Shown in pieces: positions 1 through 10,078 of a stretch of DNA of 64,000 bases (the first letter of the stretch is position 1; each line of letters begins with the position of its first letter). Both the position numbers and the translations under genes were made by a program. The stretch is from Alphaproteobacteria bacterium (GTDB taxonomy: Bacteria; Pseudomonadota; Alphaproteobacteria; SP197): positions 2,048,001 through 2,112,000 of the forward strand of contig OZ219747.1 in assembly GCA_964291265.2 (NCBI GenBank), given 5' to 3'. A model generated the notes under the pieces. That model worked only from the letters and a program-made list of their open reading frames with translations, searched no databases and had not been told where the DNA came from.

Positions 1-427
1 AGAAGGAGAGCTCGTCGAAATCCCCGCCGACCAGCGCCTCGACGTCACGTGTGAGGGCTTCACCATCGAGGGAATCGATGTCTTCTTCGAACCGGACGCG
101 TGCCGCGCGCCGACGCACGAAGACAAGCTTGCACCGGTAGACCGGGTCGAGATGGCGAATCGTCGCGCGTTGACGATCGAGGTCGCCGGCCACCCGGAAG
201 AGATCGCCGATGAAGTCCTCCACGAAGGGGCCAAGGTCGACGAGGAGGTCGGAGTGTTCCTTCTCCGAGAGGTCTCCGGGTGCCGTCCGGGCGCCCATCA
301 GCCTGTTGAAGAGAGGCGCATCGTGGCGCCGCAGTGCCTCGCAGAAGGCGTGGTCGAGACGCACGAGCCCTTCGCGGTCGTAGAGGTCGCGAAAGACAAG
401 CCCATGGGAGAGGGAAAGTTCGTTCAT
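1..427 (-). CDS. FAD-dependent/pyridine nucleotide-disulfide oxidoreductase, N-terminal part (runs off window)
   Basis: Not in the ORF track. Manual minus-strand translation from ATG at 427 gives MNELSLSHGLVFRDLYDREGLVRLDHAFCEAL..., resembling the N-terminus of large alphaproteobacterial FAD-dependent oxidoreductases; open to the window edge. Confidence 0.6.
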   Translation of the reverse strand, partial: MNELSLSHGLVFRDLYDREGLVRLDHAFCEALRRHDAPLFNRLMGARTAPGDLSEKEHSDLLVDLGPFVEDFIGDLFRVAGDLDRQRATIRHLDPVYRCKLVFVRRRAARVRFEEDIDSLDGEALTRDVEALVGGDFDELSF

Positions 428-766
428 CGAGGTCCGGCCGGTCGCAACACTGTCACGATACAGAGAAACACGCGGACCATGAAAAGGGAATCACGAGGAT
501 GAGGTCGACGACGCGTTCACCGCTGCTGCCGCGTGAGCGATCTCGCGATTCACGGGGCCGTGTGCTCCGCCGCCTCTTCGAGGGGTGCGCCGGGAAAGGC
601 CGGCCGGAGGCAGCCCGTCAGGGTGGAGTCAGATGGTCACGCAAGCGGTTTCGCGCCCGTGTCGGCTTCTCCCTGCAGGCGCCGGTGAACGGGGGAGCGC
701 CGGAGAGTTGCGGCGGGGGAATCCGGTTGCTACCATGGCAAGGCATGTTGCACGACGGAGTTGACC

Positions 767-3121
767 ATGGCGCTGATGGAGGCCGAAACGGGCGAGCGTC
801 CGCGTATCCTGCTGCCCGGCATCAGGAGACTGCCTCCCGGCGTCGAGCGCTACGTGGTGCCGGCCGCCGGCTCCGTGGTGGTCACGGTCCTTGCCGGTGA
901 CACCCTGAAGATTGTCAACACCGAAGGCGGCCAGACCTGCGAAATCGTCGCCTTCGACAACGCGGCGCGACAGGTTTCCGGCATTCTCGGCCGCCCCGAT
1001 TCCGGTCCGGCCTCCGGCCTCGCAGCCATGCTGACCGGGAGCAGCGAGGCGGCCCGGTCACTGCTCGACACATTCGCGCACAGGGGCTGGGCGTCACGCC
1101 TTGATCACGCCGTGCGCCTCTTCGGTTCCGGGACGCCCGCCGGGGTGGATGAGGTGGTGACCGTGGAAGAGGACGGTTTCGTCATCGTCGCCGCCCCCGG
1201 TGAGCCCATGGTGGTTCCGGCGCAGTGGCCGCCGACGCCTCTCGAACTCTTCGTCCACCGCACGGACGCCGCCGTGGCGGCGGAGCGGAGCCTGCCCGAT
1301 CCCCTTGCCGAGCCGCGCGAGGAGTTCCGCATCGCGGCCGGTACCGCTCACGCCTACGAGGTGCGAGAGGGCGACTACATCCAGGTTCTCGATATCGAGG
1401 GGCGCCAGTGTTCCGATTTCCAGGCCCTGTCGCTTGCAGCGCTCGACCGGGGACTGGAACGCGACATCGATCCCACGGCCACCCGTGTTCTCAATGGCGC
1501 CGCCTATCCTGCCCCGGGCCTCTTCTCCAAGCTCTTCGATGCCGACCTCCAGCCCTCGATCGAGATCATCCAGGACACGGTAGGCCGCCACGACAGCTTC
1601 AATTTCGCCTGCACGGCGAAGTACTATGACGATGTCGGCTATCCCGGCCACGTGAACTGCACCGACAACATCAACGCCTCGCTCGAGCCTTACGGCGTGC
1701 GCCCGCGCAAGGGCTGGCAGGCGATGAATTTCTTCTACAACTCGCTGCTCGACGACAACAATCAGCTCCATCTCGACGAGCCGTGGTCACGCCCCGGCGA
1801 CTACGTGCTGTGCCGCGCGCTTCAGGACGCCGTGTGCGTGAACACGTCGTGTCCCGATGCCATCGACCCCGCCAACGGGTGGAATCCCACGGATATGCTC
1901 ATCCGTGTCTATTCCGGGGACAAACTCTTCAGGAAGGCGATCGCCAACAGACCCATGCCCGATTCCGACCCCCAGATGACCCGCGAGACAGGGTTTCATG
2001 GACGCACGGCAGAGCGGACTCGCAACTACACCGAGTACAACGGCTTCTGGCTGCCCACCCACTACACCAACCATGGCGCCATCGAGGAGTACTGGGCCTG
2101 CCGGGAGCGCGTCACCGCGATGGATCTTTCTCCCCTGCGCAAGTTCGAGATCACCGGTCCCGATGCCGGTGAACTCATGCAGAGGACCTTGACCCGCGAT
2201 GTCAGGCGCATGGCCGATCACCATGTCGTCTATTCGGCCATGTGCTACGAACACGGCGGCATGATTGACGACGGTACGCTGTTCCGCCTGTCGGAGACCG
2301 GCTACCGCTGGGTCGGCGGCACGGACTTCGGCGGTGAATGGCTGCGTGCCAGGGCGAAGGAGTGGGGATTGCGGGCGCTGGTGCGCAGCTCCACCGATCA
2401 GTTGCACAATCTCGCCATCCAGGGGCCGCGCAGCCGCGACCTTCTGAGCGGCATCGTCTGGACGGCGCCGGCCAATCCGCGTGTCGACGAGATCACCTGG
2501 TTCAGGTTCACCGTCGGTCGCATCGGTGACCACAACGGCGTGCCTGTGGTCGTGTCACGGACGGGATACACGGGCGAACTGGGTTACGAGATGTGGTGCC
2601 ATCCCCGGCACGCCGAGCAGGTCTGGGATGCCGTGTTCGAGGCCGGTGAGCCCCACGGTCTCCTGCCCCTGGGTCTCGAAGGCCTCGATCTCCTGCGCAT
2701 CGAGGCGGGACTGGTGTTCGCCGGCCAGGAATTCGATGACCAGACGGATCCCTTCGAGGCCGGAATCGGCTTCACGGTGGGGCTGAAGACGACCCGGGAG
2801 GATTTCGTCGGCCGCCAGGCCCTCGAACGCCGCCAGGCCCACCCCCAGCGCAGGCTTGTCGGGCTGGAACTCGAGGGCAACGAGGCAGCGGCCCATGGTG
2901 ACTGCGTGCGTGTCGGACGGGCCCAGGTGGGCGTTGTCACGAGCGGCATGCGATCGCCGTTGCTCGATCGCAACATCGCGCTGGCCCGCATGGATGTGAA
3001 CCATGCGTCGATCGGTGACGAGGTCGAAGTCGGCAAGATGGACGGACACCAGAAGCGCATTCCGGCTGTCGTGGTGCCCTTCCCCTTCCATGATCCGAAG
3101 AAGGAACGCCCGCGGTCCTGA
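767..3121 (+). CDS. tdm: DUF1989 + GcvT aminomethyltransferase fusion; probable trimethylamine N-oxide demethylase
   Basis: ~785 aa; DUF1989 region with ACTAKYYDDVGYPGHVNCTDN; C-terminal GcvT domain (SRTGYTGELGYE, LRIEAGL); this is the Tdm architecture. GGAG SD upstream of ATG 767. Confidence 0.75.
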   Translation: MALMEAETGERPRILLPGIRRLPPGVERYVVPAAGSVVVTVLAGDTLKIVNTEGGQTCEIVAFDNAARQVSGILGRPDSGPASGLAAMLTGSSEAARSLLDTFAHRGWASRLDHAVRLFGSGTPAGVDEVVTVEEDGFVIVAAPGEPMVVPAQWPPTPLELFVHRTDAAVAAERSLPDPLAEPREEFRIAAGTAHAYEVREGDYIQVLDIEGRQCSDFQALSLAALDRGLERDIDPTATRVLNGAAYPAPGLFSKLFDADLQPSIEIIQDTVGRHDSFNFACTAKYYDDVGYPGHVNCTDNINASLEPYGVRPRKGWQAMNFFYNSLLDDNNQLHLDEPWSRPGDYVLCRALQDAVCVNTSCPDAIDPANGWNPTDMLIRVYSGDKLFRKAIANRPMPDSDPQMTRETGFHGRTAERTRNYTEYNGFWLPTHYTNHGAIEEYWACRERVTAMDLSPLRKFEITGPDAGELMQRTLTRDVRRMADHHVVYSAMCYEHGGMIDDGTLFRLSETGYRWVGGTDFGGEWLRARAKEWGLRALVRSSTDQLHNLAIQGPRSRDLLSGIVWTAPANPRVDEITWFRFTVGRIGDHNGVPVVVSRTGYTGELGYEMWCHPRHAEQVWDAVFEAGEPHGLLPLGLEGLDLLRIEAGLVFAGQEFDDQTDPFEAGIGFTVGLKTTREDFVGRQALERRQAHPQRRLVGLELEGNEAAAHGDCVRVGRAQVGVVTSGMRSPLLDRNIALARMDVNHASIGDEVEVGKMDGHQKRIPAVVVPFPFHDPKKERPRS

Positions 3122-3997
3122 TCACGGCATCACGGCCCCGTCGACGAGTCCCTGGAGCCGCTCGAGGATCACCGTTTCGCTGACGTCCCTGCGGCCGAGT
3201 TCCTGCCAGCCGGCGGCATGGTCTGCGGCGTGGGGCGCCATGACGACGGCGGCATGGATGTCCCACAGCCGGAGGCGATGCGGGTCGAGACCCATCGCGT
3301 TGGCGTAGTGCGCCGTGAAGGCGCGGCAGGCCCTCGCGCCGTGGGTCCACACGAGGTTCGAGCGGGCGATCGCGAGATCGGCAAGGGGATCGCCGATCAT
3401 GGCGTCCTCCCAGTCGATCACCGCCGCAAGTCCGCCATGGCGCCACAACACGTTGCCGGTCCAGAAGTCGCCGTGGAGCAGCCGGCTCGCGCCCGGTGCG
3501 TCGGGTGGCCAGTCGAGGTCCGCCGGCAGATCGAGAAGGGTGGACTCCGGAGCATCCGGCATGGTCTGGCGTGGCACGAAGTCGAGTCCGTCGCCGGGCG
3601 CCAGGGTGTGCAGGTCGGCGAAGAAACCGGCCATCGCCAGCGCGTGCCCCTCGGGCGGATGCCAGGCCGGTTCACCCTCGAGGTAGTCGAGAAGCAGCCA
3701 TGACGCCGTCAAGGATGATTCGTGAACCAGCGCCCGTGGCACCGGAAAGCCGAGGGCCGCCAGATGCCCGAGCAGGCGGAACTCCGTGTCGGCGGCATCG
3801 GGATTGGCGCGCAGATTCGCCCCGGCGCACCGGCGCAGCACGAGGCGTGCCGGACGTCCGTCCGCACGGACGATCCGAAGCAGTGACATGGTGGTGGAAC
3901 TGCCGCCCTCGAGAGGGCGGCAATCACGCAGCTTCGCTCCGCAATCGTAGCGGCGCAGGACATCGTCGAGGCAAGGCGCCCCCTGTGTCGACGACAT
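3122..3997 (-). CDS. Aminoglycoside phosphotransferase (APH)-family kinase
   Basis: LLHGDFWTGNVLW and VIDWEDA motifs; start re-called at MSSTQG (3997). Confidence 0.8.
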   Translation of the reverse strand: MSSTQGAPCLDDVLRRYDCGAKLRDCRPLEGGSSTTMSLLRIVRADGRPARLVLRRCAGANLRANPDAADTEFRLLGHLAALGFPVPRALVHESSLTASWLLLDYLEGEPAWHPPEGHALAMAGFFADLHTLAPGDGLDFVPRQTMPDAPESTLLDLPADLDWPPDAPGASRLLHGDFWTGNVLWRHGGLAAVIDWEDAMIGDPLADLAIARSNLVWTHGARACRAFTAHYANAMGLDPHRLRLWDIHAAVVMAPHAADHAAGWQELGRRDVSETVILERLQGLVDGAVMP

Positions 3998-4008
3998 GCG
4001 TTGAAGGC

Positions 4009-5415
4009 CTACCCGGCAGCGGCGCCGGCCTCCTCGAGCAGGCGGTCCGCCAATGCCTTCTTCTGCTCGGCGGACATCTTCTTCACCTCGTTGTCGATGG
4101 ACCGGTGATTGATGGACGTATTCCAGTAATCGAGGGAATCGAAGCCGAGAAGCGCGTGCTTGCCGACAAACTGGCGGAGAACCTCGTTGGTCGGACCCAT
4201 GACCCAGCCGGCCTTGGCGTCGCGCAGGAGGCGTTCCATGCCGAGGCCTGCCTTGTATGCGGTGCCGCCGCAGGCGTGGAGCATCTTGTCCGAGACCTCG
4301 TGCACGTTCTTGGCTGCCTGGAACTTGACCTGCCAGAGCTGGTTGAGCAGGTCGGAGCGGGGCACGGTCTGCGGATTCCGGTGAATCGACCAGTCGCAGT
4401 TCCCGGTGCATTCATCGAGGGCCTTGGCAAGGCCGAACGTCATCATCCGGCTGGCGTTGGTGCCGATGATCGCTTCCCCGACATAGTCCTGGATGGTGGG
4501 GTAGTCGCACACCCGCAGGCCAACGTCGACATGCCGCTTGCGGGTCGTGTGCCTCCTGGCGATGTCGATCATGCCCATGGCGATGCCGTTCCAGGAGCAC
4601 GAGGAGTTGAGAAGGAAGAACGGGTCCACGGTCTCGTCATTGGAGACCGCGCCGTCGCCCCTGGGGCCCACAAGGCGGTTCTTCGGGATGGTGACCCCGT
4701 CCACCAGGAGCGCCCCCGACTGGTTGCCGCGCATGCCCATGCCGTCCCAGCCGGCGACATCGGCCTCGACCTCGTCGGCCAGGATCAACCACACGGAGAG
4801 ATCCGAGTAATCGCCGCCGAAGTCAGGCGACGTGGTCTGCACGATGTACCAGTCGGCAAAACCGCCCGACGTCGTCCACGAAGCCTTCTTGGTGACCTTC
4901 CATCCGTCCTCGGTCGCCTCGGCGCCCGACGAGACCGGATACCAGAAATGCGAGCCCGTTTCGGGATCGGAATAGGACAGGGTTCCGACCAGCACGTCAC
5001 GGTCGAGGCGCGACAGGATGTTCCTGAGGGCGTCGTTGTCGTGGTAGCGGAAGAGGGCGGCCGAACAGGCGCCATAGTGCATGGTGAGGCACATGGCCGT
5101 CGACGGACAACCGTAACGGGCCACGGTTTCCACGACCATGCACATGGCGACGTGATTCTCGCCCACGCCGCCGAGCTCCTCGGGAACAAAGAGGCCGAGA
5201 AGGCCCCTGGATGCGAGGGCCTCGAAATTCTTGCGCGGGAAGATGAAGCCGCGATCCGATTCGACGGCGTTCACCCTGAGTGTGGTCCGGCACAGCTCGA
5301 TGAGTTCCTTCTGGATCTCCCGCTGCCGCTCGGTCAGGAAGAACTGCGGGTCGTACTCGTAGCCGACTCCCCAGAAGTCCTCGTCACCCCACTTCTTGAC
5401 GTCATCACTCATCAC
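4009..5415 (-). CDS. Acyl-CoA dehydrogenase family protein
   Basis: SYSDPETGSH, KKASWTTSG, GMRGNQSG, ERLLRDAKAGWVMGPTNEV motifs. Confidence 0.85.
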   Translation of the reverse strand: MMSDDVKKWGDEDFWGVGYEYDPQFFLTERQREIQKELIELCRTTLRVNAVESDRGFIFPRKNFEALASRGLLGLFVPEELGGVGENHVAMCMVVETVARYGCPSTAMCLTMHYGACSAALFRYHDNDALRNILSRLDRDVLVGTLSYSDPETGSHFWYPVSSGAEATEDGWKVTKKASWTTSGGFADWYIVQTTSPDFGGDYSDLSVWLILADEVEADVAGWDGMGMRGNQSGALLVDGVTIPKNRLVGPRGDGAVSNDETVDPFFLLNSSCSWNGIAMGMIDIARRHTTRKRHVDVGLRVCDYPTIQDYVGEAIIGTNASRMMTFGLAKALDECTGNCDWSIHRNPQTVPRSDLLNQLWQVKFQAAKNVHEVSDKMLHACGGTAYKAGLGMERLLRDAKAGWVMGPTNEVLRQFVGKHALLGFDSLDYWNTSINHRSIDNEVKKMSAEQKKALADRLLEEAGAAAG

Positions 5416-5553
5416 CTGCTCCCTCGATACGTGTGGACTGGTTCACTGGTTCCGCCGGCCTGACTGGCGAATCCCTAGCATCCGGCACGACATTCGACAA
5501 CGGGGTCAAGCCCGGGTCCCGGGACCAACGGACAGGCCGCCTGGCTGACCGTC

Positions 5554-6210
5554 CTAGTGCGGGATGCGGGCCATGGCCATCGCCATGGTGCGTTCGATTT
5601 CCTCGATGGTGTCGGACACCTCCCGGCCGATGAGATCGAGCTTGCGGACCTGGTCGATACGCGGTCGCAGCGAATCCATGCCGTGGCCCGAGAAGATGCT
5701 GCGCAGGATACCGCAGGAATCGGCGAGCGAGATGATGGCGACATCCCGGGGGTCGGGCACCTGGTCGGACAGCAGGACATCGGCAATGCGGTGCTTCACC
5801 TCGCGCTCGACGGTGCCGTCGATGGTCGGATAGCGGCGTGCCCGGAAGACCCACAGGAACTTCCTGTCCCGGGTCTCGAGAATGCCCTGGTCCACCAGCC
5901 GGGCGAGGGCGGCTTCACGCAGGTTCTCGGCTTCTTCACGGGCCAGTGTCTCGACCCAGTCGCGCGTGGTCCTGTCTTCGGGGGATCCGGCAATGCGCTC
6001 CAGGACACGGTCGAGCATCGGGATGCCGGGCGGCGTCCTGTCGATGAGCATCAGGCGCTCGGGATCGGTGTCGATGCGGTAGATGAAGGCGAGATCAAGC
6101 AGTGCGGCGCCGGCCAGCACGTAATCCATCGTGTTGTCACGGATGGGAAGGAACGAGCCGTCCTCGTCATCCAGTGTCAGGAGAAGGATTTCCTCGATGA
6201 AAGTCAGCAT
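5554..6210 (-). CDS. GPP34/GOLPH3/Vps74 family protein
   Basis: EEILLLTLDDEDG...LAGAALLDL...LVDQGIL...FLWVF..RRYP pattern typical of the family. Confidence 0.75.
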   Translation of the reverse strand: MLTFIEEILLLTLDDEDGSFLPIRDNTMDYVLAGAALLDLAFIYRIDTDPERLMLIDRTPPGIPMLDRVLERIAGSPEDRTTRDWVETLAREEAENLREAALARLVDQGILETRDRKFLWVFRARRYPTIDGTVEREVKHRIADVLLSDQVPDPRDVAIISLADSCGILRSIFSGHGMDSLRPRIDQVRKLDLIGREVSDTIEEIERTMAMAMARIPH

Positions 6211-6222
6211 CTTACGTGTGGC

Positions 6223-6558
6223 TCAGGCGTTGGCCGCGAGTGCTTGCTCGCGGGAATCGTAGCAGTCGATGATGGTGTGGAATCCGCCCATTTCGATGAC
6301 CGACCTGCAGGATGGCTGCAGGGCCGCAATGGACAGCAGGCCTCCAGCCTGCTTGCATCGCTTGGCTGCCAGGAGAAAGACCCGCAGCCCGGCGCTGGAA
6401 ATGTAGTTCATCTCGTTGCAGTCCAGCAGAATGCGAACGGATCCATCGCGAATCCTCGAGGAGAGATCACTTTCCAGCTCGGGGGCGGATGCGCCATCCA
6501 CGCGACCGTTGATCGAAACGATGGTCACGCCGTTCTGGCTGTCGGAGGAGATGATCAT
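6223..6558 (-). CDS. STAS-domain anti-sigma-factor antagonist
   Basis: GRVDGASAPELE...LLDCNEMNYISSAGLRVFL with the phosphorylatable Ser; start re-called at 6558. Confidence 0.85.
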   Translation of the reverse strand: MIISSDSQNGVTIVSINGRVDGASAPELESDLSSRIRDGSVRILLDCNEMNYISSAGLRVFLLAAKRCKQAGGLLSIAALQPSCRSVIEMGGFHTIIDCYDSREQALAANA

Positions 6559-6706
6559 GTGTCGTGGTCCCGGATCCCGTCGATCGCCGGTGAAACCTAA
6601 CCCAGTCAGTCCGTATCTTGCAACCTGTCGTTCGCGCTTCGAATCTCTGGATTCCTGGCAGGCGGGAGCGCATGATGGCGCCACCTGAAGCGGACGGGAG
6701 TTGTGC

Positions 6707-7084
6707 ATGTCGAGGATCGGCACGTGGCTTTTCACGACCTTGAAGGGCGAGCCCGTGGGTGAGGACGAGTTCGGCAACCGCTACTACCAGGAACGGGGTG
6801 TGGCTGAAGGCCGGTGGCGGCGGCGCTGGGTGATGTACCGGGGTGCGGCCGAGGCTTCCAGGGTGCCGCCCGGCTGGAATGCCTGGCTGCATCGCACCAT
6901 CGCCGAGCCGCCGAGCCGCGCGCCTCTGGAGACCAGGGCATGGGAAAGGGAACACCGGCCCAATCTCACCGGAACCGGTCAGGCCTGGCTGCCGAAGGGA
7001 CATCTCCTGCGCGGTGGCAGACGGGCGCCGGCACGCGGCGACTACGAGGCATGGCGCCCGGACGAGGAATCAGGAACACCCTGA
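6707..7084 (+). CDS. NADH:ubiquinone oxidoreductase subunit NDUFA12 family
   Basis: GEDEFGNRYY, RRWVMY, ASRVPPGWNAWLH, PNLTGT motifs. Confidence 0.9.
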   Translation: MSRIGTWLFTTLKGEPVGEDEFGNRYYQERGVAEGRWRRRWVMYRGAAEASRVPPGWNAWLHRTIAEPPSRAPLETRAWEREHRPNLTGTGQAWLPKGHLLRGGRRAPARGDYEAWRPDEESGTP

Positions 7085-7085
7085 G

Positions 7086-7529
7086 ATGGGCGGGCGGGCA
7101 CTCGAAACCCTTGTCGGCGCCGCCGTCATCATCGTTGCCGTGGCCTTCGTGGTCTTCGTCCTCGACAGGGTGGACGTTGCCGACGGGGCGGGCACGGTCT
7201 TTCACGCCGAGTTCGACGACATCGGCAGCCTGCAGGCCGGTGACGATGTGCGCATTGCCGGCATCAGGGTCGGTCAGGTGACGGGACTGGATCTCGATCC
7301 GGACTGGTACCTGGCGCGAGTCGCCATGACCGTTGATCCCGGCGTCAGTCTGCCACGCGACACCTTCGTTGCCATCACCTCGGCAAGTCTGCTCGGCGGT
7401 CACTATGTGTCCCTTCACCCGGGCACGGGCGAGACCGCCGGTGACGGTCATCTCTTCACTGACACCCAGGGGGCCATCAACTTGATCGACGCTGTATCGC
7501 GGTCGATGTTCGGCGGCCTCGAAGAGTAG
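7086..7529 (+). CDS. mlaD: MlaD/MCE family outer-membrane lipid asymmetry protein
   Basis: N-terminal TM, FDDIGSLQAGDDVRIAGIRVGQV, SLLGGHYVSLHPG; usual neighbour of NDUFA12. Confidence 0.85.
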   Translation: MGGRALETLVGAAVIIVAVAFVVFVLDRVDVADGAGTVFHAEFDDIGSLQAGDDVRIAGIRVGQVTGLDLDPDWYLARVAMTVDPGVSLPRDTFVAITSASLLGGHYVSLHPGTGETAGDGHLFTDTQGAINLIDAVSRSMFGGLEE

Positions 7530-7544
7530 CGAGGGGCCGGGTTC

Positions 7545-7766
7545 ATGGATCAGCGACCGGTCTGGTTGCCAGAAACATGGCTCTCGCCCGACGGTGAGCC
7601 CATTGGTTGCCATGACAAGCTCGCCGTGCTGAGGGACAATCTTGACGAGCTTCGCGACATGGCGCAGGACGCGCTCGAAGACGCGGTGGTGATGGGATGC
7701 GACGAACAGCAGATGCGGAAGGTGCTGGCGGACCTGGTGGCAACGCTGGACAGGCCCTTCTCCTGA
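7545..7766 (+). CDS. Small conserved hypothetical protein
   Basis: 73 aa in an operon, coupled (TGATG) to the next gene; PDGEPIGCHDKLAVL...AQDALEDAVVMGCDE. Confidence 0.65.
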   Translation: MDQRPVWLPETWLSPDGEPIGCHDKLAVLRDNLDELRDMAQDALEDAVVMGCDEQQMRKVLADLVATLDRPFS

Positions 7767-8182
7767 TGGCCTGCGTCTGCCTTGCCGCGGTCACCGGCCG
7801 CGAAGCCGAGGCCGAACAGGTGTTCGAGGACCACGACACGGTCATCCTTGGCGGAATGGAGAAGGTGACCGGCCATGCCTTTGCCTTTGCCATCGGCGTC
7901 GGCGAAACAGGATCCTTCGGAACACTGCGGGTGACCGTCAGGGCCTGTCGCAAGACACCGCCCTGGCAGACGCCCGAGAGCGCCTCCTTCCTCGAGATCC
8001 GGGACCGCCATTCGAGTGAACCCGACGACGTCTTCACCGGATGGATGTTTGCCGGCACCCCGGGCGTTTCGGCGCTCGAGCACCCGGTCTACGACATCTG
8101 GATTCTGGACTGCATCGACCGCGGAAGGCAATGGAAGTCGGCCCCCTCGATGGAAAGCGCCCGGTCGAGGCGCTCCAGATAG
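7766..8182 (+). CDS. DUF2155 domain protein
   Basis: FGTLRVTVRAC...PESASFLEI...FTGWMFA...LEHPVYDIWILDC. Confidence 0.85.
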   Translation: MACVCLAAVTGREAEAEQVFEDHDTVILGGMEKVTGHAFAFAIGVGETGSFGTLRVTVRACRKTPPWQTPESASFLEIRDRHSSEPDDVFTGWMFAGTPGVSALEHPVYDIWILDCIDRGRQWKSAPSMESARSRRSR

Positions 8183-8751
8183 TCCGCTGCGGTGACTTCA
8201 ATGGCTCCGAATGTGCGCAGGTGGTCCGTGACGAACTGGATGTCGAGAAGGACGAACCCACCCTCGACGAGACGCTCGACAAGATGGACCAGCGCCACCT
8301 TGCTGGCATTGGTGATATCGGAAAACATGCTTTCACCGAAGAAGGCGCCGCGCAGCTGGACACCGTAGAGGCCGCCGGCCAGGACACCGTCCATCCAGCA
8401 CTCGACACTGTGGGCATGGCCCTCATGGTGCAGTCTGGTGTAGGCCCTCTCGATGCCGACGCTGATCCAGGTGTTCTCCCGCCCGGAAGTCGGCCTGGCA
8501 CAGGCGGCGACCACCCTGGCGAAGGCCCGGTTGACGGTGATCTCGAAACCACCCCGTCTCAGGACCTTTCCCAGGCTGCGCGGAACGTGAAAGCGGTTCA
8601 GGGGAATGATGCCGCGACGGTATGGCAACACCCATTCCGGATCGCTGTCGTGCCGGTGGCTCGCCATGGGGAAGAGACCCCGGGCATAGGCTGACAGGAG
8701 CATGGGTGTGGTCAGGCCGTCCGTCCGCTCCGGTTCACGTTGCAGAGGCAA
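8089..8751 (-). CDS. aat: Leucyl/phenylalanyl-tRNA--protein transferase
   Basis: LSAYARGLFPM, GHAHSVECW, GGLYGV, FFGESMFS, ASKVAL motifs. Confidence 0.93.
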   Translation of the reverse strand: MPLQREPERTDGLTTPMLLSAYARGLFPMASHRHDSDPEWVLPYRRGIIPLNRFHVPRSLGKVLRRGGFEITVNRAFARVVAACARPTSGRENTWISVGIERAYTRLHHEGHAHSVECWMDGVLAGGLYGVQLRGAFFGESMFSDITNASKVALVHLVERLVEGGFVLLDIQFVTDHLRTFGAIEVTAADYLERLDRALSIEGADFHCLPRSMQSRIQMS

Positions 8752-10078
8752 GGAATCGCTCCAGCCACGTCACGTCATAGAGGCCGTTGGCGAAGTCCTG
8801 GTTGCCGAGCAGCGCCTGGTGAAGCGGGATGGTGGTCTCGATACCGTCAATGGCGAACTCCTCGAGAGCCCGTCTCAACCGCATCATGCTCTCGTTGCGA
8901 TTGCGTCCGCACACCACGAGCTTCGCGATCAGGTTGTCATAGGTCGGAGGCACCGTGTAGCCGGAGTAGAGCGCCGAATCGATCCGCACGCTCATGCCTC
9001 CGGGCGCGTGGTAGGTGGTCACCTGGCCGGGGGAGGGCATGAAGGAGAAGGGGCTTTCGGCATTGATCCGGCACTCGATTGCATGACCGGTCATCGCCAC
9101 GTCATCCTGGCGAAAGCTGAGCGGTGCGCCGGATGAAAGGCAGATCTGTTCGCGCACGAGATCGATGCCGGTCACCATTTCCGTGACGGGGTGTTCGACC
9201 TGCAGCCGGGTGTTCATCTCGATGAAGTGAAACACACCATCCTCATAGAGGAACTCCACCGTTCCGAGATTCCGGTAGCCGAGTCCGACCATGGCATCGA
9301 CGACGAGTTCGCCGATGGCGAGCCTCTGGCCGGCATTGAGCGCCGGACTCGGCGCCTCCTCGACGATCTTCTGATGACGGCGCTGCACCGAGCAGTCGCG
9401 TTCGCCGAGATGAACGACATGTCCTTCGAAGTCCCCGGCGACCTGGATTTCGATGTGGCGTGGATTGGTCAGGAACTTCTCGACGTAGAGGGATCCGTCG
9501 CCGAATGCAGCCTCCGCCTCGCGCCTCGACCGGGCAAAGGTCGCCTCCATGCCGGAGTCGTCCTCCACCAGGGAGATACCGCGGCCGCCTCCGCCGGATG
9601 CCGCCTTGAGGAGGACCGGATAGCCGACCTCCCGGGCGACCGCGGCGGCTTCGACCGCGTCACGCACCACGCCGTCGGATCCAGGGAGAACCGGGATCCC
9701 GAGGTCCCTGGCCTTGTTGCGTGCCGCCATCTTGTCGCCCATGAGGCGGATGTGTTCGCTGTCAGGTCCGATGAACGTGATGCCATGCTCCTCGACGATT
9801 TCGGCAAACCGGCTGTTCTCGGACAAGAAGCCGTATCCGGGATGGATGGCATCGGCGCCGGTGATCTCGGCGGCCGCGAGGATGGCTGGAACATTCAGAT
9901 AGCTGTCACGCGCCGGCGCCGGTCCGATGCACACGCTCTCGTCGGCAAGGCGGACATGCATCGCGTTGGTATCCACCTCGGAGTGAACGGCGACGGTGCG
10001 GATGCCCATTTCCCGGCAGGCTCGATGAATGCGAAGGGCGACCTCCCCTCGATTGGCGATGAGAACCTTGTCAAACAT
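8735..10078 (-). CDS. accC: Acetyl-CoA carboxylase biotin carboxylase subunit
   Basis: KVLIANRGEVA, HPGYGFLSEN, ERDCSVQRRHQK, EMNTRLQVEHPVTE. Confidence 0.96.
   Translation of the reverse strand: MFDKVLIANRGEVALRIHRACREMGIRTVAVHSEVDTNAMHVRLADESVCIGPAPARDSYLNVPAILAAAEITGADAIHPGYGFLSENSRFAEIVEEHGITFIGPDSEHIRLMGDKMAARNKARDLGIPVLPGSDGVVRDAVEAAAVAREVGYPVLLKAASGGGGRGISLVEDDSGMEATFARSRREAEAAFGDGSLYVEKFLTNPRHIEIQVAGDFEGHVVHLGERDCSVQRRHQKIVEEAPSPALNAGQRLAIGELVVDAMVGLGYRNLGTVEFLYEDGVFHFIEMNTRLQVEHPVTEMVTGIDLVREQICLSSGAPLSFRQDDVAMTGHAIECRINAESPFSFMPSPGQVTTYHAPGGMSVRIDSALYSGYTVPPTYDNLIAKLVVCGRNRNESMMRLRRALEEFAIDGIETTIPLHQALLGNQDFANGLYDVTWLERFLASAT

Noticed and set aside
152-502. Plus-strand ORF in the track
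   Set aside because: Shadow of the minus-strand oxidoreductase starting at 427.
500-760. Glycine riboswitch upstream of the GcvT-domain gene
   Set aside because: GC-rich stems are present but the conserved aptamer motifs were not found.
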